Positions 35,558 to 46,483 of a stretch of DNA of 64,000 bases are shown here, piece by piece. The position numbers and the translations under genes are program-made. The notes beneath the pieces were generated by a model that saw nothing but the letters and a program-made list of their open reading frames with translations, had not been told where the DNA came from and made no database searches. Source of the DNA: Neophaeotheca triangularis (taxonomy: Eukaryota); NCBI GenBank assembly GCA_054600435.1, contig BAAIJX010000034.1:1-64000 (forward strand), given 5' to 3'. Position 1 is the first letter of the stretch; the number at the start of each line of letters is the position of its first letter.

Positions 35558-36961
35558 TTACCTCGCCCCGGTTCCATCTTCGACCCGCAATCCCCCTTCT
35601 TCCTCAACACCCACGTCCCCGACCTCCAAAACCTGCTCCCCTTCCTCTTGCTCTTGCTCTTCCTCCTCCTCCTCCCTCTTCTCCTCCTGATTTACAAAAA
35701 GAAAACTCACCAAAACAACCACCGCGCCAACCCAATAAACCCACCCACTAGTCTGCCCATTAATGACAACCTGCCCGATCAAGCTGAGTGGTATAGTCAT
35801 ACTCAACCCGACCGTGACAACAATCGGACTCGTCAAGAGGACGGCATACGCCCAAGCCAAATCGCTCACCAAACTGGCAGCGGAATTGCACAGCACAATA
35901 GCCGTAACGCGGCCCGTGGGCGGTAGTTCGAAAGGCTCGATGCCTGTGTAATGGAGGACGACGAGCCCGGGCCAGAGGAGGAGGACGTTTATGAGACCGA
36001 CGAGGCCGAAGAAGAGGGGCATGTCCACGCGGGATTCGTCGCCGATGCGTTTCTTCATGAAGACGGCGTAGAGGCCGTACATGACGGCGGAGAGGAAGGC
36101 GAGGGCGTCGCCGACGGCGATTTCGCGGTGGGTTTTGGAGGGGAAGTCGCCGCGGTGGGAGCGGTCGTTGTTGCTGCCGCTGAGGTCGATGGTGGAGATT
36201 AGAATGATGCCCGTGAGCGAGGCCAGCACGCCGAGGAGTTTGCGGAGTGTGAAGCGCTCGACGCGGAAGAGGGCGCCGAAGAGGAGGGTGAAGACCGACG
36301 AGGTAGAGGTTAGGATTGTGCTTGAGGCCACTGTCGTGTATTCGAGGCACGCGGCGACGAAGTAGTTGGCGATGAACCACAGGGCGCTGAACTCGAGGGA
36401 GACGCGAGCGGTCGCTGCTAGAGAGAGTTTCCCTGATGCCGTGAGTGGGGGAAAGGCAGTGTTGGGTGTGCGTGCCCCCAGCAGCAGTTCCTGCGAACTC
36501 CCCACGTCTCTTGCGCGATCCTTAACCGCAACATCCCCCTCCTCCTCCCCTTCCTCCTCCTGCCTCAAGACCCCATACCCCTCTTCCCTCCCCTTCCGCC
36601 TAAAGATGCCCCCGTCAAACAATCTCCGCAACTCCTCCCTCAGTTCCCCCGGCCTCCGCAAAGCTTTCCCAACAAGTATAGGCCCGAGCGGCACAACAAA
36701 GAATGCCGTGTTGATGTACGTGACAAAGTACGGTTTGCTATAAGTGTTGTCGGCGAAGATCGTGGACGCCAGGAAGTTGGAAGCCGTCCAGAGGAAGACT
36801 GTGGCGGCTAGCAGGCCCAGACCAACGGCGCGGCGCCATTTCCCTAGGTGCGAGAGGATGCCGTTGGCGGTGCTTTGGGCGCTTTGGCGGCGGGGCAGGT
36901 GGGGGCGGTTGGGGTGAGAGGGACGGGCGGGTTGAGCGGTTTGGGAGGTAAAGTCGGCCAT
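35558..36961 (-). CDS. EamA/DMT-family transporter (SLC35F5 / Thi74-like)
   Basis: About ten hydrophobic helices; KPYFVTYINT, LWFIANY, TTVASSTILTSTSSVFTL, TVGLSMTIPL. Confidence 0.9.
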   Translation of the reverse strand: MADFTSQTAQPARPSHPNRPHLPRRQSAQSTANGILSHLGKWRRAVGLGLLAATVFLWTASNFLASTIFADNTYSKPYFVTYINTAFFVVPLGPILVGKALRRPGELREELRRLFDGGIFRRKGREEGYGVLRQEEEGEEEGDVAVKDRARDVGSSQELLLGARTPNTAFPPLTASGKLSLAATARVSLEFSALWFIANYFVAACLEYTTVASSTILTSTSSVFTLLFGALFRVERFTLRKLLGVLASLTGIILISTIDLSGSNNDRSHRGDFPSKTHREIAVGDALAFLSAVMYGLYAVFMKKRIGDESRVDMPLFFGLVGLINVLLLWPGLVVLHYTGIEPFELPPTGRVTAIVLCNSAASLVSDLAWAYAVLLTSPIVVTVGLSMTIPLSLIGQVVINGQTSGWVYWVGAVVVLVSFLFVNQEEKREEEEEEQEQEEGEQVLEVGDVGVEEEGGLRVEDGTGAR

Positions 36962-37810
36962 TTTTGGCGACAAGAGGCTGAAGTGGTTGTTTAACAGGCG
37001 AATGTAGCGGATGAGAGGGGTGGGTGGAGAAGATGATAGGACGGCCTGCGTCGGTGTCTTTGTCGCTGTCTTTAACGCTCAGTCGGAGTCTCCAGTCAAT
37101 AAGCAGTAAACCAAACCAGCCGTGTGAGTAGGTCCATATGCAATTGCTAGCAACAGTACAGGTAGGCAAGGTACATAGCTAGTAGGTAAAGAAGAAGGAC
37201 AAGAAGAGTAGGATGTTATGTTGGAGAAGGAAACAAGGCAGATAAGAGTAAGTACCCAACTTACTACTGTACTTAGTACCTTAGTACCTTAGGGCGGTCG
37301 TTGCGATAAGATGGATGGGATGGGCGCGGGCTGTGGCTCGCGCGTGCCACTTCCCGCTGCCTACTAAGCCTAGGACTGGATCCTGCCGCTGCCGCTGCCC
37401 CTGTCACAACTGCGGCGAGTGCCCAGTCCTCAGAGTCCCGGGTGGGCGTCGGGTGTGTGAGACTGTGAGCATGACAGGTTGATTCGCCTGAGACTCCGTC
37501 CATCGTGACCTACTACAACATGCACAAAATCGTGAAACCTGCTCTATAGCGATCAAGCAAGGCGGGCAGGATGTTGGCGTGCCCAGTGTACAAGACAGAA
37601 CAGACTTCCAACAGCGAGAGCAGAGCAGAGCAAAGCAAATACCGAATTACTAACGACGGGGTATCAACAATAAAAGCGAACCTTCGCAACCCTCTCAACC
37701 CACTCAGCCAATCGCTTCCAGCAGACTGCGCCCCCCCAAAAAAAACGCCTCCGAGAGTAGACGCAACTCGACCATGACTTCGTGACCCCCTCCCCCAACT
37801 CAAAAATGGC

Positions 37811-39727
37811 TCACCACCCAGCATCCACCTCACCCTCACTATCAGACTCCAAACCCTCAAACCACGCACTCCCCAAAACCTCCCCAATCGTCAATCTCAA
37901 ATCCACATCCGTCTCAAAACAGCCCCTCACCAATTCTATAATCAGCTCGCTATTCCCGGCACCTACTGTCGCAGTGTGCCGCAGAGCTTCGACATCCCAA
38001 TCGGCCTGCATGATCGACTCGACAGTCTTGGCCGGCATGGGGTGGCGGAAGGGTAACTCTCCCGTGCAAAGGGCGTAAACGACTACACCAAATGCCCAGA
38101 CGTCGCCGGCGGTCTCGAAGAGTTTTCGGGAGACTGACAATCCTTTGGGGGAGGCATACTCCAGCGTGCCTATGACGGAACTCATAGTAGGGCGGTGATG
38201 GATACGGGAGTCGGCCATGACGAGGGAGTCGAGCTGGTTGTGCTCAGCTGAAGCGCCGTCGTCGAGCGTCATGCTTTCCGACTGTAGGAAGTCGGCGAGT
38301 CCGAAATCGCAAAGGCGCAAATTGCCGCCTTCGGACTGAGCGTCGGCGGCCGACATGTCGATGAGACAGTTTTCGAGCTTGACGTCACGGTGGCAGACGC
38401 GGATGTCTTCGTGCAAGTAGCGAAGCGCGCCGGCGAGCTGGTGGGCGTAGCGTTTGGCTAGCTGCGGGGCCAAACCTTTGCGACCGTTGTTTTCACCTGC
38501 CGCCGCGCGAGCGGAGAGGAGAACGTCGTAGAGGCTGCCGCCGTGATTGAGGTCCATGACGCAAAAGGTGGCAAAGTCGGTGTCGTAGACGACGTGCAGG
38601 CCTAGGATGTGGCGGTGTCGGAGGTACTTCCATACGCCTACTTCGTGGAGTAATTCTTCCTGGCATTGTTCGTTTTCTCGCTCGCCTTTGCCTTCAATGG
38701 CTTTGCGAACGATTTTGACTGCGCGGAGGATGCGCGAACCGTTTTTCTCGTCGATGCTATGGATCTCTTTGATGGTCCCGAAACCGCCCGAGTCGATGGT
38801 ACGGCCTATTATGTATTCATTTTCAAGCCCTATCGACTGTCCCTCGTCGTCTGGGTTTGGTTCGGGGGGTGGCTCGCTCGTGTTCTTGTTGCTCCAGGTT
38901 GAAAGGAAGGCTTGTGCAGGAGAGGCGGAGTTATTTGTTGACGCTGGCTTTCGAGCCGAGTTTCGGCGCGGACCCATGCCCGGGATGCGAGTTGCACGTG
39001 CTCCGCCCCGACGCGCCGAGACTGAGGTCAAACTTCCATTTCGTGACAAAGGATTCTGGTATTCGAGGTTGGGGGAAAGCAGAGGCGAATCGCCCGTGCC
39101 TGCTTCGACGCCTTCGGTGATTGTTGCTTGTGGCGATATTGTAAGTCTAGCATTCAGGCTCTCGATCGACGAGGTCATGTGGTGGTCAGGAGCATCTCTC
39201 GACGGCGTCTCGCCATCATGGCGTGGCGACATGATCGATGAAGATGTCTGGAATGCCATTTGCGATCGGATTTGGTCGCTTAGTGTCTGATCCGCCGACT
39301 GTCCGTTCGATCGGTTGTCCTGCATAAAACGGGTTGGTACAGAGTCACACTGATCGTTTTCAAGTTGCGCGGCGAGGCCGTTGGACAGGCTCACCGGTGA
39401 AGGGGTTCGTCTTGAACTCTGTGGGGTTGTAGACGAGTCCTCCCCCGTCGTTCGCCTCATTCGATTCATCTTCTGTTGGTTTGGTATCGCCATCTCTTCT
39501 TGGTGGACTTCTCCCTCTTCCTTTTTGGGACCTTCCTGTTGCTCCGAAGATCTGTTGCGGAGTAGGCGTGATAGGTACCCGCTTTCCGTCGTCGGTGAGC
39601 GCATGGGTCCCAAAGGAGATGCTTTTACCTCTAGATTTGAAATTGGCTTGCAGAGCTTCGAGCTCGGCGGACTTTTGCTCGTTTCGGCCGGCGGAGAAGG
39701 CCCGCCATGACATGCCTGACCCTTCAT
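37811..39727 (-). CDS. Ser/Thr protein kinase, Nnk1-like
   Basis: IDSGGFG, AVKIV, HRDVKLENCL, LCDFGLA, GTLEYASP, DVWAFG. Start uncertain (39727 or a later ATG), or spliced to the upstream ORF. Confidence 0.9.
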   Translation of the reverse strand: MKGQACHGGPSPPAETSKSPPSSKLCKPISNLEVKASPLGPMRSPTTESGYLSRLLRNRSSEQQEGPKKEEGEVHQEEMAIPNQQKMNRMRRTTGEDSSTTPQSSRRTPSPVSLSNGLAAQLENDQCDSVPTRFMQDNRSNGQSADQTLSDQIRSQMAFQTSSSIMSPRHDGETPSRDAPDHHMTSSIESLNARLTISPQATITEGVEAGTGDSPLLSPNLEYQNPLSRNGSLTSVSARRGGARATRIPGMGPRRNSARKPASTNNSASPAQAFLSTWSNKNTSEPPPEPNPDDEGQSIGLENEYIIGRTIDSGGFGTIKEIHSIDEKNGSRILRAVKIVRKAIEGKGERENEQCQEELLHEVGVWKYLRHRHILGLHVVYDTDFATFCVMDLNHGGSLYDVLLSARAAAGENNGRKGLAPQLAKRYAHQLAGALRYLHEDIRVCHRDVKLENCLIDMSAADAQSEGGNLRLCDFGLADFLQSESMTLDDGASAEHNQLDSLVMADSRIHHRPTMSSVIGTLEYASPKGLSVSRKLFETAGDVWAFGVVVYALCTGELPFRHPMPAKTVESIMQADWDVEALRHTATVGAGNSELIIELVRGCFETDVDLRLTIGEVLGSAWFEGLESDSEGEVDAGW

Positions 39728-40550
39728 TCTTCTTGGGCTTCTCCACTCGCTCTACCTGATATTTCTGATCTCGAGATTGGTCGGGTGATAGGCTCTTAGC
39801 CGAGTCTGGGGGTGTTGAGCTGCTGCGGGAGCTTCCGTCGTCGACACTGTTTGTGCGGGAGTCTACAATAGCCTCTTCGTCACTGTCGCTGTCTTCGAGG
39901 TACTGTGTCCGTGCGAAGGGCGAGGAGATGCTGCTCTTGGAAGGCCTATGCTGCGCCCCTGAGGATGATCGTGTATTCTTCTCAGCCCTGAATGGTGAGC
40001 TCTGTCTCCTACTAGCGGCGTCCCTCTGGCTGCCCTTTCTTGGTGGAGCTGGACTAGGCCGGCGATCACCTCTCGAGTTCGATGCAGCCAAATTATCCCC
40101 TTCCTCGTCCTCACTGTCGTTGAGGTACTTTGTGCCTGCAAAGGGCGAAGCAACGCTACTGGCCGAAGGTCTCGTCTGACTCGCGACCACTTCTCGGTCC
40201 AATGAAGAATGCTTGGCAGCTCCCTCAGTGATTGGGGAGGTGGGAAGTGTATCCGGCGCAGGACTAGGTCGACGCTGGTCAGCACGTTTTGCGCCTGCCA
40301 CTAATGCGTCATGCTTGTGCTTGTCGAGTTTCGGCGAAGATGTTGGTGCTGGTGTCGATGTCGAGGTCGTTGCAGCGGGAACGTTGCTGTCCGCGTCCGA
40401 CGACGTGTTCTTGCTTGATCTACTTTTTCTCGGTTCGTCTTCGCTATCATCTTCGAAACCGGTTGCAAAAGGGGTTGATCGGCCACGACGTCTGCCCGTC
40501 TCGGCACGGAGAGCTTTGAAATGCTTCTGAATGCTGGCTTGGTCTGCCAT
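39360..40550 (-). CDS. Ser/Arg-rich low-complexity ORF overlapping the kinase frame
   Basis: About 396 codons open from ATG 40550 (MADQASIQ), with repeated S.PFA..DS.DE and RRPSP motifs. Either a separate protein or the first exon of the kinase gene. Confidence 0.65.
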   Translation of the reverse strand: MADQASIQKHFKALRAETGRRRGRSTPFATGFEDDSEDEPRKSRSSKNTSSDADSNVPAATTSTSTPAPTSSPKLDKHKHDALVAGAKRADQRRPSPAPDTLPTSPITEGAAKHSSLDREVVASQTRPSASSVASPFAGTKYLNDSEDEEGDNLAASNSRGDRRPSPAPPRKGSQRDAASRRQSSPFRAEKNTRSSSGAQHRPSKSSISSPFARTQYLEDSDSDEEAIVDSRTNSVDDGSSRSSSTPPDSAKSLSPDQSRDQKYQVERVEKPKKNEGSGMSWRAFSAGRNEQKSAELEALQANFKSRGKSISFGTHALTDDGKRVPITPTPQQIFGATGRSQKGRGRSPPRRDGDTKPTEDESNEANDGGGLVYNPTEFKTNPFTGEPVQRPRRAT

Positions 40551-41269
40551 ATACGTACAAAGCGGGGGTGCGACGGTGAGCTTCTTTGGATGACTCTGAG
40601 CGCTTGGGATGTGTGGGTCTGGCTGACAGGTTTGATCGACGAGTGCGGCTTCAAGACGGTTCACGGCAAGGGACGCTGGTGGTGGTGGTGGTGGTGGTAG
40701 GATCGAGGGGATGAGGAGGCGGGGGCTGAATGGAGGGGCAGGGCTGGCGGTGGGTTTTGTAGCAGGGGATGACAGGTAGTAGTAGTATTCGACAGCAAGC
40801 AGCGCGTCGCCAAGCAGGATGATGGTCACATGTCGAAGCGTCCACAGTAGTGAGGCAGTGAAGCAGGCGTTGACGGTACAGTAGTAGTGAGATAAGGTAG
40901 GTAGACGGGTGGATTATCCATGGATGATGGCTTTGTCCAATACCCTACCCTGTAGGTTGTATGTAGGAGGTGTGCGGCCAGAAAAATAATGCTGTACCCA
41001 CAAAGTCTAGCCCCCCTCATCAGCCACTGAATCCTCCCCGCACCACATATATCATGCATGCACTACGTATATCAGATCAGGTATCTCTACAGGTGAGTAA
41101 TAGTGTCTACTACTCTAATTATGTCTGTAACGTTAATATACATGGATGATTTAGTAAGACCCGACGGCTCCATCAGATAAGGTACACCTACTGTAACTTA
41201 CCTAGTGTTCTTACAAGTCGCCGTGGGGGAGTGCACGTGACAGATGCCAAGGCAACAAGAATTGTCCCA

Positions 41270-42173
41270 TGAATGCCGACGTTATCCCGCTGAGGCGGAA
41301 CTGGGAGTCATCAAGTGCTCGTAAGTACATAGCACCTTACGTTCATCGGCTCTTTCGCATCGTATGGATGGAACCTCATTAGAGGTGGAGAGGTGCCTTC
41401 TGCTCGCCGACGGCCACTGCGTCGATGCCGGAACACTGGTCGGATAAGGTATGGGTCTGATGGCCTCATCATCCGCGTGGGAAGCCTGAGTGTGATGAAG
41501 ATTCCTAACCTCCCGATTTGGAGCCATGCCTATAGATGGAAGTATCAAGGCCGATGACGACAACGAAATGTACCGCAAACCCCACGAAGGCGAGAAACAA
41601 GTCTACAAACGGCTTCACGACGTTCCCGGCGTGGCCGAGTGCATGGAGTTACAAGTAACGGCATACTGCTCACACGCTATGCTAAAATTTCGGTGAGTGA
41701 ACGACTTGCCAACTACGTCCTAGGAGCAGGCGCCTTCGCCGCCCCAAAATTGGACCTAGGTTATGCAAGCCACAGACATAGTCGCACGCTGCCACGAGCG
41801 GGGCGTCTTGATCTTCGACATTGCTCTGCGCAACTTCCTACTTGCCGACGAGCTCTCGCTGCGCATCATCGATTTTGCCAACAGCTCGCTGATGCCACTA
41901 GACTTGGACATTACCAAAGCCGACGTCGAGGGCTGCACTTTTCACCTGCACCTACTGCATCTTTCTAGCGTCATATACTCTATCAGGGCGTTGCGCGCCT
42001 TTTCCGTGGCCTGTAACATGCACTCCTAGTGGCCGGCTAAAGACCAGATGCCGGACTTGAAGGGGCTCTACGTCGCCCCGATGGTGTAGAAATGCTGGGA
42101 AAGAAAGTATACCAGTGTTCTAGAGCTATTACAGGACCTACGCAATCACTGTGTTTGTAGCGCTTTTCCTTAA
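41270..42173 (+). pseudogene. Protein-kinase-like pseudogene
   Basis: EKQVYKRLHDVPGVAEC, CHERGVLIFDIALRNFLL..IIDFANS, KCWERKY; in-frame TAG at 41757, 42027 and 42087, plus frameshifts. Confidence 0.75.
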
Positions 42174-42199
42174 CGGCCAGTACCACCTTTCGACACGAC

Positions 42200-42810
42200 C
42201 TTGCCATCCGTCGTAGACAAGACTCGGCGTCTCGTTCGCATTACCTGTTTTTCTATCCTATCTCTAATAGCGGTAACTATACTCGTTAACTAAGGTATAG
42301 CTAAGGTCGTGTAAAGGCGAATTGCGTCGTCGAATAGCTTGATCTCGTTAAACGTAAGATTAATCTATAACAAAACCGAAGGCCGTTAAGAGCCTATTGG
42401 ATTTAGATCTAATCCGTACCATGTCGTTACTATATTATAAGTTTAACGCTCTAGTCGAAAGCACGATACTTGTAGAACTATAGGAGATATCCTACCTACC
42501 CTCGCCTGTAGGTACTCGACGACCGCGAGTCTCGAGAACAGTACTACCTAACCCAACCTTAGCTTTTATTAGCACTAAGCGAGTTCCGAGGCATAGATCT
42601 ATAATGGCTAGGATCTACACGCCTACTACTTTAAATAGGGATTATAGATCTAATAACGTTTATCGTTAGGACTTAGTAGCTACGATGTGTTTTGTATAGA
42701 CCGACGAGGTATGGGTAGGATAGTTAGGCAGCGTACCGAGGTGTTAAAGGCCTGGATGCTATGTATTTTCTTGCTATAACCTTGAGTACAAGCGCCTAGG
42801 TAAGAGGCTC
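42200..42810. mobile_element. RIP-degraded repeat relic
   Basis: Abrupt TpA-rich, CpA/TpG-poor segment without ORFs; family not identifiable. Confidence 0.55.
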
Positions 42811-42857
42811 TGACATTTTTTGAGTTGGCGGTTGATCCCGGTTGCGGTGATTTTGTT

Positions 42858-42928
42858 TTGACTTTATTGCTTCTGTTGTTTTGACTTTGTTGCTTCTGTC
42901 TTGACTTCATTGCTTCTGTTCGACTTCA
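42858..42928. repeat. Short tandem repeat, about 3 copies of TTGACTTYRTTGCTTCTGT
   Basis: Read directly from the sequence. Confidence 0.8.
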
Positions 42929-43116
42929 GATGCTTTCTGGAAACACTACTGAGCTGTTAATGCCGACACTGCGACTGTTCCTGGAGAGAACAGTTGATGA
43001 GAGTTGAAGATGAATGTTCCAAGGTTACTTGTAGAAAGACGTGTCGGCTTTTAATCGTACTCGGAGTGCTAAGGCTGTGCTATGGTTGAATTCGAACAAG
43101 GCCGGCCACTTGAAAC

Positions 43117-44856
43117 ATGACCATGGCAGATTCAAATCCTCAAAGCGACCTCTCCAGCTATCCTAACCCCTACGCTCTACCTCAAATCCCTCGCTTCGTA
43201 CTGGATACTTCTGGCGTTTCTAATGTCCCCGACCGCGAACCAATAAAGACCAAGGGCTCAACGACGCTACCTCTGAACCTCGTGGCCTTGATCGTGTCCC
43301 ATCTCGACGACATAGCAGACATAGCCCGTGTGACGAGGACTTCCAGATTATTGTACTACATGACGCTACCACAGCTGTATCAAAAAGTCTCCCTACGTTC
43401 CTACTCGGAAATACGTTACGTCAACGGCAGACCTGAGGGGTTCGGCAGCGGAAGCCCCTTCATGATGGCACTCAACGGCCTAGTCACCAAGAACCACGCG
43501 GCTCTAGTTGAAGAGCTGCGGCTTTGGGGCGGTTGGAAGGAGTTGGGCCAAGAAGACTTCGCCAAAGGCCGTGTGCCCGAAAACTCCATGATGCTCAACA
43601 TACTCCTCCGCAGCGCCACAGACAAAATGTCCAAACTCCGCACTTTCAGCTGGGAACTTTCTACCAAACCGCTCGAAACCCTCTACCAAGGCCTAGCAAC
43701 GCACACGACCCTCGCCCACCTCACCATCCGCTTCCCCAGCTCCCGCGTGCCCCGCCCCGCCGTCGTCATCCCCCCAATCCCCTCCCTCCACACTTTCCGC
43801 GCCCTCGACATCGACCCCCTCTGCTATCCGGACGACATCTCCCTCTTGCCCCACGCCAGCCCCCGCCTCCGCGACCTCCGCCTCCACTTTTCCCCCCGGA
43901 TGCGCCGCGAAGCCGAACCCTCCCTTTCCCTCGAAACCTACTTCGGCCGGTGCAGCGCCGCAAACTACAAACTCCCCATCCGCCACTTCGCCATGCAAAA
44001 TTTCTACGGCAGCAACAGCACCACGTCCACCAGCGTCTGGGACAACGACACCATCGCCTCCGTCTCCTTCATCGACGTCTTCGGCGGCCTCTTCGGCAGC
44101 GCCTCGACCATCTTCTACGACGCCCAATGGCGCAACGTCGACGCCCGCTCCCACGCCAACTGGAAAGCCTGCCGGAGCAACGAGCTCGCGCCGCAGCACA
44201 TCGAGCTGATAGCCCAAAACCCCGGTCTCGAGCGCGTCTTCTTCATCTCCACCCGGCGACCACGCGCACCAGCATCCTCCCCCTCCTCCACGAGCCCCGT
44301 CGCCCTCACCCCCTCCACCTCCTCCCCTTCCCCTCCCACCCCCGACCCGGCTTCAACCTCCCTCTGCCAAGCCTACCTCTCCGCCCTCCAAACCTCCCCC
44401 AGCACCAACCTCACCCACCTCCTCTTCCCCGACCTCTGGCCGCTCAATCGCCCCCAAATTTCAGCTCTGCTCACCGCGTGTCCGAACTTGCAACAATTGG
44501 GTTTCCCCACTCGGCTCCCCTTGCAAGAAACCCTTCCCTTGGTCCTACGCGCTCTACTCAGCTTGAGAGCCCTGCGCTTCCTAGAGCCCGCGGGTGACGA
44601 GGTTGGTTCGCTGGACGAGAGCGTGGGCGTGCGCGGTCTTGAGGCGGTTTTGGCATCGGTAGGGAAAGGCGCTGTGGGCTTTGCTCTGCGGTGGTTGGGA
44701 GTCGGGGGTGCGGTTTTCAAAGTCCGCGCGCTGGGGACTCGGGGCTGGAGCGTCGAGGCTGTTGAGCGGGATGAGGTTGCCACCGTGGAGGTTTGGGGTC
44801 TGGACTGTATGGATATCATGGAGGAGGCTGGAGCTGGGGTTTGGGAGGCCGGGTGA
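43117..44856 (+). CDS. F-box-like protein with LRR-like C-terminal region
   Basis: LPLNLVALIVSHL..DIARVTRTSRLLYYMTLPQLY F-box-like segment; 579-codon ORF. Confidence 0.8.
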   Translation: MTMADSNPQSDLSSYPNPYALPQIPRFVLDTSGVSNVPDREPIKTKGSTTLPLNLVALIVSHLDDIADIARVTRTSRLLYYMTLPQLYQKVSLRSYSEIRYVNGRPEGFGSGSPFMMALNGLVTKNHAALVEELRLWGGWKELGQEDFAKGRVPENSMMLNILLRSATDKMSKLRTFSWELSTKPLETLYQGLATHTTLAHLTIRFPSSRVPRPAVVIPPIPSLHTFRALDIDPLCYPDDISLLPHASPRLRDLRLHFSPRMRREAEPSLSLETYFGRCSAANYKLPIRHFAMQNFYGSNSTTSTSVWDNDTIASVSFIDVFGGLFGSASTIFYDAQWRNVDARSHANWKACRSNELAPQHIELIAQNPGLERVFFISTRRPRAPASSPSSTSPVALTPSTSSPSPPTPDPASTSLCQAYLSALQTSPSTNLTHLLFPDLWPLNRPQISALLTACPNLQQLGFPTRLPLQETLPLVLRALLSLRALRFLEPAGDEVGSLDESVGVRGLEAVLASVGKGAVGFALRWLGVGGAVFKVRALGTRGWSVEAVERDEVATVEVWGLDCMDIMEEAGAGVWEAG

Positions 44857-46483
44857 GTGGTTCGTCGTGGTTATGGGGTACCCGGTTTAGACTGATGGGA
44901 CAGGTTGGCCGGTGGCTCGCCGGAAGACTGTTCGATGTCACTTTCGCCCAAGGTTCTGCGGGCTCTTCGAGAGACGGTGGCGTGAATTTTCTCTTCAGGC
45001 TCGCCGAGTGATTTCTTTCCTGCTTGCTCAAACCCGGGAGATCGGCCTGACTTGACACCACTTGAGACTCTGTGGCTGGCAGAGCGAGGGATCGGCCGAG
45101 CTCTCAGCCTGACCTGAGCTTCTGGAAGCTGCTCTGCAGGAACCGTGATATACCCATCCACAGCGGCCGCTCGCTGAACTTGGATGGTTATTTCGGATCC
45201 AGGACCGAGGCTACACTGGACAGCTCTTTGACCATTCACGGAAGAGCGATGGATCGGCTCTGGCCCTGAAGCGAGGGCTTCGAAGGTTGCTTCATGGGTA
45301 GTGTCATCTGCCTGCCTACAGATGCTAAGCTGGCTTCTCCGAGCCTTGAACCAATACTACACTGGACAGTCTCATACATTCTTGTTCGTCGCCCCGGCCT
45401 GCGACGCTGCTGAGGCTCGAAAGACGAGGCTTGCATTCTGACTTTTGACGGGACAGCGCACTGCCGTGTAGGCCCTCCGTCGGCCCTACAGCGTGGAGTT
45501 GGCTTCTTTGTTTTCGGTGGTGCTATAAGATGGCCTCCATCGTATTGTTACTCGTCCATGCGTGCGCTGTCGATTGAAACTCCTTCGAGGCTGCAGATAC
45601 ACTTTGATTGCAGTGGGCTTTGAGTCTCGCGAGATTTGGGAAAGTTTAGAGGAAATGGGATGCTCTCTCCGTGCCCTTTTTTATCAAAAATGGCAAGGAT
45701 TCGATCGTTCATATCGCTCCTCGCGCCGTTGGCTAAGCTCCTGGATGTTGCAATCCCTCGAGTGCGGTTGATGAGGGAGAATTCAGCGAGGCGGAAGAGC
45801 TGGATATTGGATAAATGGGAGATTTCAGCCGGGCTGCGAACATGATACTCGACCACATGGCGTTCATGCTAATCCCCGAGGGCAGCCACTGGATAAAGAA
45901 ATGTCGCAAGGCTGTGTGGGCAGATTGCAGGACGCCTGGCCTGGACAAGGCGATTCAAAGCTGCTGCTGCAGCATCACTCTGGACTGAAAAATCATTGGG
46001 CTGGAGTGTTGTCACTACCTATACTTTCAGACATCAAAGCGTGATGCGCCGTGTTACTCGGCTTTTCACATGTGAGCCGGTGGTGATGCCTCTATGCGCT
46101 GTGGCTGCGGACCAAGCCTTGGTAACAAGCAGAGCTTCGCAAGCGAAATGCAGGACGGATCCTTCGAACCTTCACCGGTCGCTCTGAAGTTTGCTTATTG
46201 GACGCCCACTCTACCAGTGCACGAGCTGTCTTCCATCAACATCCATGGCACCGCCTACGCGCTGAGTATCTCGACCGAGCTGGGTGCCTCGGGGTTGGGG
46301 TAGGCACATAAGGTGCACCTCTCCCCAGTCCAGACAAAGTCCGCTTCCCAACATACCTTGAGAATATTCTCTTCCACCTATTCACCCGTATCTCTACTCA
46401 GTGCAGGCAAAATCTACTTCCCTGTCTACCTCTTCTTCACATTCACCCCAGCCTTCCACGAGTCGAGCTTACGAGCGGCAGAA

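Noticed and set aside
39716..39755. 40-nt intron joining ORF1 to the kinase
   Set aside because: Frame-compatible but purine-rich with no branch point, so an unlikely intron.
44900..45950. Short minus-strand ORFs
   Set aside because: Fragmentary, with no motifs I can support.
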